DNA from: Octopus vulgaris
Taxonomy: Eukaryota
DNA length: 64,000 nt
Assembly: GCA_951406725.2 (NCBI GenBank)
Contig: OX597818.1
Span: 49,786,001-49,850,000, forward strand
Reading direction: 5' to 3'
Below the pieces are notes generated by a model. It saw only the letters and a program-made list of their open reading frames with translations. It was not told the origin of the DNA and searched no databases. Position 1 is the stretch's first letter. Each line of letters begins with the position of its first letter. Positions 39,109 to 53,817 of the stretch are shown piece by piece. The translations under genes were made by a program, and so were the position numbers.

Positions 39109-41709
39109 AAAACGAGGAAAACATTAAAACGCCTGACGGTAGCAACAAATCAGAAATGCCAAAACAATTGTGTCCAAACATGTCATACCCCATCAGGCTA
39201 CTACTGTAAACCTCCTTAGTAAGTAATCTACATCATGGCAAGATGTGAGTCCTCAGCCATAGTGAAGGTGACCCATCTAGGATGCTGAAGTCACAGCTAC
39301 ATTATGCTACCATCAAGTACTTCACCACCCACTTTTTTAAACTAATTCCTCCCTCCGATTTCATAGAGACAACTTGAGTTCATCATCATCAGCATTATTG
39401 TTTAACATCTGCTTTCCATGCTGGCATGGGTTTGATGGTTTGACTGGGGTCTGGCAAGCCAGCAAGTTGCACTAGGCTCCAATCTGATCAGGCAATATTC
39501 TACAGCTAGGTGCCCTCCCTAACACCAACTACTCCGAGAGTGCAGTGGGTGCTTTTACATGCCATTGGCATGAGAGCTAGTCAGTGGGCACTGGCATTGA
39601 CCATGTTCGGATGGTGCTTTTTACATGCCACCAGCATGGGAACCAGTCAGAGTGCACTGACACTGATCATGTTCAGATGATGCTTTTTAAATGCCACCGA
39701 TATGGGAGCCGGTCAGGAGGCACTGGCATCGACGACGTTTGGATGGTGCTTTTTACATGTCACTGGCACAGGAGCTAGTCAGGGGGCACTGGCATCAACC
39801 ACATTTGATGGTGCTTCTTATGTGCCATTGGCACAGGAGCCAGTCAGGGGGCACTGGCATCAACCACGTTTGATGGTGCTTCTTATGTGCCATTGGCACA
39901 GGAGCCAGTCAGGGGGCACTGGCATCGACCATGTTCGGATAGTGCTTTTTACATACCACTGGCACAGGAGCCAGTCAGGGAGCATTGGCATCAACCATGT
40001 TTGGATGGTACTTTTTATGTGCCACCGGCACAGAAGCCAGTCAGGAGGCACTGGTTGACCTTCAATTAGTAGTCAAACCTCCTCCCAACATATGGAGATG
40101 CAAGATTCTCCGTTATAGTATAGGTGACCGAACTAAAATTTTGAGTTTCCAAACAAATCGCACAGAAAAGATGTAGACTCTGCAGGTCACACAAAAGTAA
40201 TTCATTTAGTGGAGAAGTAACTCTGAATATAAGACTAATACAGAATGGAATGGACTCTTTAATCTTGACAGTGCCAACTACTGGCCTAATAAAATGCACC
40301 CACTATATGGCATAAAACGATTAGGGATAGGAAGGGCATTTAATCAGGGAAAATAAAAAACAAAAAAAAAGCATTAAAATAATAAAGATTGGCAGAGTTT
40401 TTTTTTGTTGTTGAAAATATTAAAAATTAAAAAAACTAAGTATCTTAGAGTTCTCATATACAGAAACTATATATAAATCCAAGATATTTGCAAGAATTTT
40501 CCATCAGCACAACCATATTTAATTCATATGCAAGACAGGAGCTTTCCAGTATTTATAAAGAAACTCAGCTCCATATTTTGCCTGTTTGCTGAACTATACA
40601 AACCTTTGGTGTTTTTCAAATGAGCGTAAAGGTGACGTTGCGTAACGTAAATCCCACAGTTGTATGACTGGTGTGTGATCATCTTCAGAAGATAAACAAA
40701 GTTGAGTTGCTACATCCGGACTCCAGGCAGTTAATCTACTTTTAATCTGAAATTAAATAAACATCTTGAATAATTATTTAATTTAAACATTATTCATTTA
40801 AAAATCATGTCAGAGGGTAAAATGTTTCTTTTCAAATAATTACCAACATCATTACAGTAGAAACAAAATTATTAAGTAGTTATCACATTAGACTCTCAAA
40901 TTATAGATCTGAATTTTCAAGAAGTACAAAACTATACATACAAAGGTAAAAGAAGAACTACAAGAAATGAAAAGTTCGTAGATTGTTTTTTGAAGTGTAA
41001 AAGCTTTCTCAATAACATTTTTAAAAAATGTTCTCTGAAATACTGAAACAAATACACAGCTAAAGTCATCATCATCATTTAACATCCACTTTCCATGGTG
41101 GCATGGGTTGAACGGTTTGACTGAGGACTGGCAAGCTAGAAGGCTACAACAGGCCCCAATCTGATCTGGCAAGGTTTCTACAGCTGGATGTCCTTCCTAA
41201 TGCCAGCCATTCTAAGAGTGTAGTGGGTGCTTTTACGTGCCACCAGCATGAGGGTCACTTAGGCAGTACTGGCACTGACCACACTCGAATGATGCTTTTT
41301 CGTGCCACTGGCACAGGAGCCAGTCAGGCAGCACTGGCAATGACCACATTCGAATGATGCTTTTTATGTGCCACTGGCACAGGTGCCAGTTAGGCAGCAC
41401 TGGCATCATAAAACAAATTCTTAGAATCAGAGGGAAGAGGAAATAAAAGTTTATATATTTGTTAGATTTAAATCAATGTTGAAGAATAAAATTACTTACC
41501 CCAGACATACTGTCACTAATTTTAATAATAGGCTCATTCTTCCGTAGATCCCAGACAACACATCTAGCCGAGAATGTAGAAGCCAGGATATGTTGAACTT
41601 GACAGTTCCAAGCAATACAAGTCACTTCTTCAGGAGGCTAAAACAATCATGAAACAAAATAATATACCAACTGTAAAACTGTAATACATGCTCACACAAA
41701 CGTGTATGC

Positions 41710-41740
<31 letters not shown>

Positions 41741-44700
41741 TGTGTATGGAAGAGCAAAATTTCTGTGATTAAGTGAAACTCAAAGAGGACAGAGTTGTTT
41801 TGTCCTCAGAAATAACAGTTAAAACACTAGATAAAAGCCATCAGTGACAAAGCAAGGTCTAAGATAATATCATGATGCTATATATGCAGAATTTAAAGGA
41901 AAAGGAGATCTAAAGGATGATATAATGATTTAGGTAAGATTATATTCTAGCAATAATTACTATTGAATATAATGCTTTGCAGTATTTGTTCCAACACTCA
42001 GCTCTGAGTTCAAATCCAGCCAAGATCAACTTTGCATTTCATCCTTTTGAGGGTTGATAAAGTACCAGTCTAGTGAATTGGTGGACTTGCTAACAGGGCT
42101 GTGGAGTCAGAGTCAGTGTCGGAAACAATTACGGGGGAGTCGGTAAAACTATACCAATTCACAATGTCTTTATTCTTTAATATAAACCAGTTATAATATA
42201 TAAGTCTACTCAAAGTACAAGAGTATGAATATGCTTTATGAGATATGTAGACCACAACCCCTTAATTACATAAGGAGGAATCAGAGTTGGAGGTGCCAAT
42301 AGTAGAGCGGTCGAAGTTTTTTGATTTGATTCCACAACCCTGCTTGTCAGAGTGTTAACTGAGCTGTCTTGCAGCATTTGTTCTGGCTCTTTGCATCTGT
42401 GGCAACACCGGCACTACAGATGTTGTGGCCTTTGCTTTTCTCAGGGACAACATTAGAGTGGAGAAGAGAGAGTTGCATGAATGGACAACAGCAGGTCTTA
42501 CATATAAAAAGTTGCCCAAACCAGTGCCTTGGAGGTAGACTTTACAGGTATAGATCCAGCCTCACAAGACAAGGAAACATGCAGTGGAGATGATGCCTTT
42601 ACATACAAGTAGAAGAGATGAGAGTGTAATAGTATCACCATCATCAGAACAGCACCATCACCAGTGGTGATGGTGCCGTTTGATGACTGTTAAGCACTAG
42701 TGGTGTGGACACCACCAATGATAGTGGTGATATAGTCATACACCAATAGATGGTGACACTGTGACCAGTTGTAATGGCAATATGACGATGCAGTTGTTTA
42801 TAGTACCACGATAACAATACTTTGACACTTTAGCATTTGAATCTGCCAAAATATTCTACCTGTTTTATGTTCAGACAAGTCAGATCTGGTCTCTCACACC
42901 TACCCAACAATGTTATTCTAAAATTAAAGTCACATCATTGAAAGCTACAAGATAATGCATGAGTGATTCAAAACAGCGTGAATACATAAATGTTACATTT
43001 GACAGAATAATCTGAATGCCCAAGAGTTAATGAGGGAATTAACATAAGAAGTGATTACATGACAAAATAATTATGTTGTATCAAACTCATTGATATTCAC
43101 TCACCATTGATTTTGAACCAGGAGTCATTGGAGTGTCAGGTTTATTTAAATCCCAAATGTAAATTTCTGAATCACAAGCGCCAGACGCTAATAAATTTGG
43201 CTAAAATAGAAATAAAAGAAATATAAATGCTATGAAAATACTTAAATCATTTTATGCATACAAACTGAAAATTGGGAATGTCACACATTTTCAAAAATGT
43301 AAACTGAAGTCTTTTCTGAAACAACAAAATCACAATAAACATAATCATCCTCATTTTTAAAGTCCACTTTCCCATGCTTGCATGGGTCAGATGTAGTTTA
43401 TTAAGGCAGATGTTCTATGGTCAGATGCCCTTCCTAAAGCCAACCCCCACTTGTCTGCAAGCAAGGTAATATTTCCCCATGACCAAACATGTTCTCAGAG
43501 AATACAGAAAAAGAATGACATTGATTGTATGACAATGATATTCATTTACAAATATCATCTGATATCAAGACAAAGAGACACAAACATAAACACTCACACA
43601 CACACAAACACGCAGTGAGCTTCTATCAGTTCCTATCTCTCAAATCCGCTCACAATGCTTAGATTAGCCCAGAGCTATAGTAGAAGACACATGCGCAAGA
43701 TGCCACATAGTGGGGCTGAACCCAGAACTATGTGATTGGGAAGTAAACATCTTAACCACACAGTAACACCTGCACCTATAATAGGATTTCAAATTCTTAT
43801 TTTGTGGCTAGAAATTCAATATTTTAATCACAGAAACAAGTGACTGTGCATGAGATAAAAATTAATTCTTATCTTTCTTCTTTAGTCTACTGAGCAGCAA
43901 AAACTTGCAAAACTGGACACATAAATAGAGATAACAACATTTCTAGGAAGATTTGTATTATTTTTACCATTTGTAAATTGGAATAGATTTGTCTATCATC
44001 ATCATTTAACATCCATTGTCCATGCCGGCATGGGTTGGACGGTTTGACCAGAGCTAGTAAGCTGAGGAGCTGCACCAGACTCCTGTCTGATTTGACATGC
44101 TTTCTACAACTGGCTGCCTTCCCAAATGTCAACCACTCCGAGAGTGTAATGGGTGTTTCACATGCCACTGGCATGGGTGCCAGTTGTGCGACACCAGTAT
44201 CCACACAACTATGACTTTACCTGGCTTGATGGGTCTTCTTCTCAAGCACAGCATTTTGCCAAAGGTTTCGGTCATTTGTCATTGCCTCCACGAAGCCCAA
44301 CGCTCAAAATGTGCTCATTACGTGCCACTGGAACGAGTGCTAGTTACCTGACACCAGCATCCACTGCCTCACATTGCCTCCACTGTCAAGGACAACAATA
44401 CTACACCTCATCTTCTCATTTCACTTATTCACAATTTCACAAATGCACAGACTTTCACACATGCATACACTCTTAAAAAAAAAAAGTAATGAACACCTAA
44501 AATTAAATAATGAAGCTATTTTATTTTTCTGGGTAAATGCAACTGTAAAGAATTACCTGAAAAATATTAAAATCCAATGCTTTAACAGATCCAGTGTGTT
44601 TGTCTTGTTTAAAAATAGGAGTAACTTCCTCGCCTGAAATGAGCGAGGAAGCATTATAACCTAAGACAGTGCCAGTCTCAGAACCAGCAATAATTATACC

Positions 44701-47700
44701 AGCTGGGCAAGTGCTGTTTGAGATTCCATGGGAACCCCAAAGAATTTTGTAAAACCTAAAAATATAAAAATATAAAATTAGACTTCTGTGAGATGTTTAT
44801 CAACAAATATGTTACATAGAGCAATTTGTGGTCCTAATAAACTAATATTTTTTAGTTAAACAATAATTACATAATATATTGCAGTGTGGAAGGTGTTTAT
44901 AAGCCATTTAAGAAACACAAAAACTGTTAGATTCACTTCAACATTTAAATTTAATTTGCCAAAATATTTTCGTCGCTTTGAGACTATAACCTGTTCACTG
45001 ATTTTGTGCTGCATCTCATGCAGCATGGAATTTTGTCAGTGAAGAGGTCATGGTCTCAAAGCAACGAAAATATTTTGGCAAATTAAATTTAAATGTTGAA
45101 GTGAATCTAACAGTTTTAGTATGTTTTTCAAATGGATTATAAACACCTTCCATTCTGCAATTGTTTTTGTTCCAGCACGCGATCTCAGATCAAGTCACTT
45201 GCTATGCAAGTAGATCTCTGTAATACATAATGTATATTATTTTAAAATATAATTAAACCTCAGTGATAGAGAAGAAACGAATTGGCAGCAATAATAGATA
45301 GATAAAAACTTCTTTATTTTTTTATAAGGAAATGCAAACTGCTTATCATTAATTATGACTTAAATGATGAGATATAATGAGTACCAATTTGAGACAAATA
45401 AAGAGCAACAGGCCCACTGATAGGTCTTGAATTTTACAGTTATATGCTTACTAGTTGGCTGTGTTACTGATGACCCATGGAGCACCGTCTCAAATTGGTG
45501 CTTATGTCTAATATTGTTTAGTAATTCATTAGGAAATTCAATTTTTGCAGAGATCATTCATTGTTGTAATAGATTATAAATATGGAGATACTAATGCAGT
45601 AAATCACTACATGGGAATACCCAATACAGTATTTATACATATTCATATATTACATGGGGAGATAACAAAGCAACACAAAAGGGATCTTTTCGGTTTGAAC
45701 AGCAGTTTTTTAAAATAATTTCCACATAACTAAACACTTTTAAACTTCGTATACTGGTAGAATGTGTTTATAAAACATCTTTTTCTCTTGGCTTTATTGA
45801 AAAAATTCTATAGTTTGTAAGATATTTGTTGTTTTTTTCTTCAATTTCTGCAATTTCAACCAATCAACGACATCTATTGAGGTGAAAACATTCTGTGCTG
45901 TATGAATATGTCCCTCGTTTAAGAAACAGATTGGGTTTATTTACATTTCTGAAGAAAAAAAGATACCCTTCCCCCCATCCTAACCCTAAAACAGATTGAA
46001 ATGCAATAGATCAATACTAGGGTCATAATTATGGGTGACAATTTCATATGACACCGCTAGAAAAAACTGCCGTTCAAACCGAAAAGATCCACAGAAATGA
46101 ATAATCAGAAGATATTGTTATAGCACAGAAACAATATAAAGGAACACTTATGCAGTACATAAATTACAAGAAGAACTAACACTGATGAACAAAGGTTACT
46201 TGAGGAGGTTAATAATTAGTGAAATGAAATAAGGGGATACAGAGACATTCACACAGTGAAAACCTGTTACTAAGATGCATAAAAATTACACTATACCTGT
46301 GTTCTGAAGGTACTGATCCGACCATTGGCATTTGCAAGTCATTTTCTGCTAAGTTCAGTTTATATATTTCAAGAGCAGCTGATGTACTGAAATTTAAAAG
46401 AAGAAGGTTTTAATTTCACAATTGTATTTGTTTGTCAAGTAAATTGATCTGAGATTAGACTGTTTGTTGAAAGTGAAACAATTATCATCATCATCATCAT
46501 CATTTAATGTCTGCTTTCCATGCTAGCATGGGTTGGATGATTTGACTGAGGACTGGCAAACCAGACTCCAATCTGATCTGACAGTTTCTACAGCTGGATG
46601 CCCTTCCTAATGCCAACCACTCCGAGAGTGTAGTGGGTGCTTTTACATGCCACTGGCACGAGGGCCAGTTTGGTGGTACAGGCAATGGCCACACCCAAAT
46701 GGTACTTTTTACGTGCCACCTGCACAGGAGCCAGTCCAGCGGCACTGGCGACGACCTCGCTCGAATATTTCACATGCCACCAGCACAAGTGCTAGTAAGG
46801 CGACGCAGTAACGATCACACTTGAATGGTGTGTTTAACGTGCCATCGGCACGGAGGCCAGCTTGTTCCTCTGGCAACAATTGTCATGATAGCCATTTAAA
46901 ACACACATACACACTGTTATATTAAAATTTGTTGTACTTTATGATAGTACTTAATGCTATAAAATGTCAAAATATTTTGTCAGTCAATTGACAATTCCAG
47001 TACATGCAGATTATTAATCATGTAGCACTCAGATTACACTCTCAACTATAACTCACATTGTTTTGAATTTATCATGCATTATCTCGTAGCTTCAAGAGTT
47101 TGATGATATGATTGTTATTTTTAGAATGCCATTGTAGGGTATGTGTAAGAGGCTGGATCTCGCTGGTTTGAATGTAGAAGAGGTAGAATATTCAGGCCAG
47201 ATAAGACCGTTTTAAATGATACATGGTTAAACGTGCAATGGAATTCTGTCCATGATAGTATATTTACATTTTAAATAGCTGCAATTATTGCTGTATGATG
47301 TAATTGTTAAATATTATAAATGGATGGATGGAAGCACTCCGTCGGTTACAACGACGAGGGTTCCGGTTGATCCGATCAACGGAACAGCCTGCTCGTAAAA
47401 TTAACGTGTAAGTGGCTGAGCACTCCACAGACATGTGTACCCTTAACGCAGTTCTCGGAGATATTCAGCGTGACACAGAGAGTGACAAGGCCGGCCCTTT
47501 GAAATAAAGGTACAACGGAAACAGGAAGTAAGAGTGAGAGAAAGTTGTGGTGAAAGAGTACAGCAGGAATCACCACCATCCCTGCCGGAGCCTCGTGGAG
47601 CTTTAGGTGTTTTCGCTCAATAAACACTCACAACACCCTGTCTGGGAATCAAAACCGCGATCCTACGACCACGAGTCCGCTGCCCTAACCACTGGGCCAT

Positions 47701-50700
47701 TGCGCCTCCAAATATTATAAATATTGAGATACAAAACACTGTACTGGAATATACCAGAATGATTAGGAGTTCATTCAAAAGATTGGATTTTATAGTGGCT
47801 GGTTCAAAACATGAGCTGTTGTTTATCAATTGTGACTTCAATAGATGGGAAGAGAGTAGACAGTTTAATTTGTATTCTTTGGGAGACATGGCCAGTGTCT
47901 CCATACATTTGTAGTGGATAGATATGTGTAGACATATATCCTCTAAATTGCATCTTGTAGTGCACCACAGAACAATGCAAACACATCAAAGATACCAAAT
48001 AATAAAACACACCAGGAGTTTTAAACAGCATTCAAGACCACATGCTATAACTAAATATGCGACATCATCATCATTTAACATCCGCTTTCCATGCTAGCAT
48101 GGGTTGGACGATTTTGACTGAGGGCTGGTGAACCAGATGGCCGCGCCAGGCTCCAATCTTGATCTGGCAGAGTTTCTACAGCTGGATGCCCTTCCTAATG
48201 CCAACCAATCTGAGATTGTAGTGGGTGCTTTTTACATGCCACCGGCACTTGGCCAGTCAGGCGGTACTGGCAATGACCTCGCTTGAATCTTTTTACACAT
48301 GCCATCGGCACAGGTGCCAGTAAGGTGACGCTGGTTACGATCACACTCAAATGGTGCCTTTTACGTGCCACCGACACGGAAGCCAGTTAGCCGTTCTGGC
48401 AACGATCATGTTCAGATGGTGCTCTTGGCACCCTACTAGCACAGGCACAAGTGCCAGTAAGGAGATGAATGATAAAATCTGTAACTGATGCACTGAAACA
48501 AAAGACAATGTATGCAAACATTTATTTCTTTACCAAGGAATTTCAATGGCTATGGATGGCATGGCTGCGTTGTTAAGAAGTTGGATTCCTAACCACATGG
48601 ATTTGGGTTCAGTTCCATTGTGTGGCAACTTGGGCAAGAGTCTTCTACTATCTATGTATGTACATATATTCCTTATTTCTTTACTACCCACAAGGGGCTA
48701 AACACAGAGAGGACAAACAAGGACAGACAAACGGATTAAGTCGATTATATCGACCCCAGTGCGTAAATGGTACTTGATTTATCGACCCTGAAAGGATGAA
48801 AGGCAAAGTCGACCTTGGTGGAATTTGAACTCAGAACGTAGTGGCAGACGCAATACCTATTTCTTTACTACCCACAAGGGGCTAAACACAGAGGGGACAA
48901 ACAAGGACAGACAAACAGATTAAGTCGATTATATCGACCCCCAGTACGTAACTGGTACTTGATTTATCGACCCTGAAAGGATGAAAGGCAAAGTCGACCT
49001 TGGTGGAATTTGAACTCAGAACGTAGTGGCAGACGAACTACCGCTAAGCATTTCGTCCGTCGTACTAACACTTCTGCCAGCTCGCCGCCTTATATGTACA
49101 TATATCCCTGACCTACTTCTTACTGACATCCATTCCTAATTCTTATCTTCTATACCCACCCCCTTGCTATCCATTTCTAACTCTCTTCCCATTTTTAATC
49201 CCACCCTCATCATCCCTATCACTTGTCTCTCCATCATGCTCCAATCAACTGCGTTATTCTATCGCTATAAGAAATGAAAGCAGAAAAGCAGAACCTTTTA
49301 CTATAAACCACACCATATCACTCTCTCTATACTGCTCATCACCACTCTCTTTCTATCCTTAATCATCATCTACCCTTCAATGTCATCATCTCCTACTCGT
49401 ATTTACCATCCCACCTCTGTTCCCCATTCTCTACATTCATCCCCAAGATACATCTGTCCCACTTCACCCTATGTATATATTAACATCACTCTTCGTTAAT
49501 ACCTTTACAACCTTACCCAACACTCTCCTTGATTTTTCTATATTCACACCCTTTTATACATCTTATGGGTATGTTACCGTTAGGGCATGTTCCAGCACCT
49601 TCTCTTCTCTATGTTTTGTTAGCTCTTAGCTCTACTCCAGCCTCCTCCATTTACTCATGTAAAATGCAAGATTGCCATGAAAGTCCTCCACAAACAGTAA
49701 ACCTGTTCCTGCTCTCCGTATCATACTTTAACCTCTCGACACCTTGCTTAAAACAACCACCCTATCTCCTACCTTCCTACTCAGTCAACTGGGCACTCCA
49801 GTCTTGCAAGTTGATCTCATTAGTGCCGGTGCCATGTCCATCTTTTGTGCTGGCATGGTTTTGACTGTTCAACAAAATCTGACAAGCTAGAGGACAGAAA
49901 TAAGATTTGACAAGGTAGACGACAGCATCACGCTCTGACTGATTGATACATACATGTAAGTATATATTTAAGCATAATACATAGGGTAATAATAAATTAT
50001 TATTACCAGTGGCCTAGCACAAAAAACGAATTAGTCATTAGACTATATATTATTCATATAGAAATACAATAAGAGGCTTCCAAATAGGAAAGCGTTGTGC
50101 TAGAAAGAGCAGTAGAAATCTCAAAAACCACAAAAAAAGGATAAATTCTCGAAAGGAATGAAAATTAAAAACGTTTCGAGAATTTATCCTTTTTTTGTGG
50201 TTTTTGAGATTTCTACTGCTCTTTCTAGCACAACGCTTTCCTATTTGGAAGCCTCTTAATGTACATATATATTGATATGTGTGTATGTATATCATCATCA
50301 TTTAACATCAATCTTCCATGCTGGCATGGTTTGGATGGTTTGACAAAATCTAATGAGCACAGAGCTCCAATGTCTGCTTTGGCATGATTTCTACAGCTGA
50401 ATTCGCTTCCTAATGCCAATCACTTCACAGACTATAACTGGAAGTTTTGATTTTTTTCATGGCAGCGTGTGGAGAAGTAGTAGAGAGGCAGGTGGCTTTG
50501 TAGTAGGTACTGTGAAGCTAAAATACAACACAGGGATAGGAACAGGTGATTTGCCATAGAGGAGATACATGGCTACCTTCATAATATAAGGGTAGGTGGG
50601 AACAGCTGGAAAGAGAGATAAAGATGGTGGTGACCAGGGGTCTGGGGATACACCCAAGATACAAAATAAGTAGAAAGAAGACAGAATATGGACAGAGGAT

Positions 50701-52571
50701 CAGGAAGGGTAGTAGGATAAGTTTGCAACAGTGTGAGAGGAGAGTGACATGTTTAAAGATGGGGATAGAGATAAATATAGTGAATAGTAAACAAGATATA
50801 GAAGATACAGAAAGACTAGAGATCCAATACAATAAATTACTGATAGATGAGAAATAAGATGTGTGGAGTGGGTAGGGTAAAACACAAGTGTAGGAAGAGA
50901 GTGGAGAGAGAGAGAGATTTACAGTGATAGAGATGGAGATCAAAAGAATAATGGGGTGGATATTAGTGAGTGGTGAACAAAGTTGGAAGAGAGGGCAGCC
51001 GATAGCAGTAAGAACGAGGTATGGCAGAATAAGATGTAGCTCGGGGAAAGGGAGAAATAACTGGGGACACAGAAGTGAGAGATCAGTGGAAAAATAAAGT
51101 GGAAAGATACTGAGAATGAGGGTTGGCTGTCAAAAGGAAGTGGTTCCAGGGAGAGGGATAACTGGTAGCACAAAAGGGGAATGAAATATATGTAGCTCTA
51201 TTCTCATATAATTATAGCAGCTGAGCAGTGTTGTAATTAGAAGTGTGGTAAAAGCAGCGAGCTGGCAGAAACGTTAGCACGCCGGGTGAAATGCTTAGTG
51301 GTATTTCATCTGCCGCTACGTTCTGAGTTCAAATTCCGCCAAGGTCAACTTTACCTTTCATCCTTTCGGGGTTGATTAAATAAGTACCAGTTACGCACTG
51401 GTGTAGATATAATCGACTTAATCTGTTTGTCTGTTTTTGTTTGTCCCCTCTGTATGTAGCCCCTTGTGGGCAGTAAAAAAAAAAAAAAAGAAGTGTGGTA
51501 AAGGGATAGGTGTTAGGAAGATAAGAAAGTCTGACAAGACCAGATTGAGTGCAGGGGGTAGGGCCTGATTATGCCAGTTTTGCCATGACAGATAGGTCTT
51601 CTCAAGCACACTGAATTGTTAATCATCTCAGGCCTTTGTCATTTCCTTCATGAAGGTCAAACATCCTGAAGTTAGATGTCACTAGTTCATCTCCTTTCTT
51701 CCTGGGTCCCCCTCTTACACAGGTTTCATTCACAATTAGCAAACAGCACTTCTTTATGCAGCTTCCATCAGCCATATGCATAACATGATCATACCAGCAC
51801 AGTCTTCTCTCTTGCATATAGATGTGCTTGTGTGTGTGTATGTGTGTATACATATATATACACATACACACATGTATATATATATATTTTTCCATGGTCA
51901 AGCTTGTTGTTCTGCTTGGTTGGTTTTCTTGCAGATACGCTCATAAGTCGTTCTGGTTAGTTGGTTCCCTTAAAGGGTCATTTCATTGTATTCGCTGAAG
52001 TTCGGTTATGAAGGATCCACAGCTTAACTTTGAGGGATAGACTTACAGGGCACAGGCAACAAATCTGGGACCCCCACCACTAGGAAAATTCCCCTAAGCA
52101 AGCACCTAGATCAATGCCCTGTAGACATAAACCCTAAATACCAAATCTTCCCTCTCTATCAATGCACTGGAAACACTTCAACCCAATTCCGTTCAAATAA
52201 GGAAAACATACTGATTAAAAAATATAAACCACAGCTGAATATCCTTTAGAAAGAAGAAAAAGCAGTAAAAAGGAAAAGAAAAAAAAGACTAAAAAAAAAA
52301 AGAACAACAAAAATTTTTTTTCTGCAAACTTTAGTAACAATCTTCCAATCTGTAACTGTAACTCCAAATCACCATACAAACATCAACTATTGACATCACC
52401 CACCTCCAGTCCAATGAAATTCTACAAACGCCAGTTGCTGATGTCACCTAATTACAGACCAATCAAATCCTAACTTCAGATTTTCCTATATATTTTTCCT
52501 GCGTGGAAACACCACCACCTCTTTCATTACATACATATATACATACATATGTACACATATATATAAGTTTT

Positions 52572-52618
<47 letters not shown>

Positions 52619-53348
52619 GCATATATACATATATGTATATACATATATATCTTTTGTCTCGGGAGACAATGGAGTTGCACATAAACTAATCCAGCCTGGT
52701 TTTTACATTTCATGTCCTCTCCAGTTTTGTGCAGGCCTGAGCTAGATGAAAGAAAATCCTGGGTAGCCTAATCGTCAGGATTCCTCTCTTGGCTTTGCTG
52801 ATGTAGTCCAAAGGAGTGCAGAGCATTATGTTTGGCACCAGCTTAGTTGCAGGAGCTGCCAGAAGAATGTCGAGTCGAACACTAAACCGCCTACGGGGCT
52901 CCACTCTGGATTTCTTTGAAGGTTGTCTCCTTTCCGTAGGGGCCCATACCAAGTACTGTCAGCCTGAGCCAGCTGAGCCCGGGACCCGTGTCAGACAGGG
53001 TCATCACTCCCTGAAGAAAATTGCTACCCACTACCTATACATATATATATATATATATATATACACATACATACATCATCATCATCGTTTAACGTCCGTT
53101 TTCCATGCTAGCATGGGTTGGACAGTTCAACTGGGGTCTGGGAAGCCAGAAGGCTGCGCCAGGCCCAGTCTGATCTGGCAGTGTTTCTACAGCTGGATGC
53201 CCTTCCTAACGCCAACCACTCCGAGAGTGTAGTGGGTGCTTTTTATGTGCCACCTGCACAGGTGCCAGACGAGGCTGGCAAACGGCCACGATCGGATGGT
53301 GCTTTTTACGTGCCACCTGCACGGGGGCCAGTCGGGGCGGCGCTGGCA

Positions 53349-53440
<92 letters not shown>

Positions 53441-53772
53441 CATATACATGACTGTTTCAACGAAGTCATCTTGTCCTTACCTTCGAAACGCGGAGTAGAT
53501 GAAACAGGGACAACTGAAGAAGGGGAATATCTCTTGTGTTGTATGTCTTGTACTCTCTGTTTTTTCGTTGTTTGAAAAAAAGTTTGTTTCCATGTTTTTG
53601 TTTTTATGTTTTCGTTTTCATTGTGTTCAACATTTTTTCAATGTCCTGTACCCATATATGCATGTATATATACATATAGATGTAGGTATGTACATATATG
53701 TATGTATATATGCATACATTTATATATTATTTATATTATTATATGATCAAATGCCACGCATCCTTTTCCAAG

Positions 53773-53817
<45 letters not shown>

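Noticed and set aside
50518-50943. 141-aa hydrophobic ORF
   Set aside because: Artefact of purine/pyrimidine skew; low complexity
52710-53030. GC-richer segment with ORFs on both strands
   Set aside because: Looks like a retroelement untranslated fragment; no protein motif or splice signals I can support
53451-53535. Hammerhead-like GAAG...CTTCGAAACGCG and nearby CTGAAGA
   Set aside because: Core pieces are in the wrong order and no stem I or UH triplet can be formed
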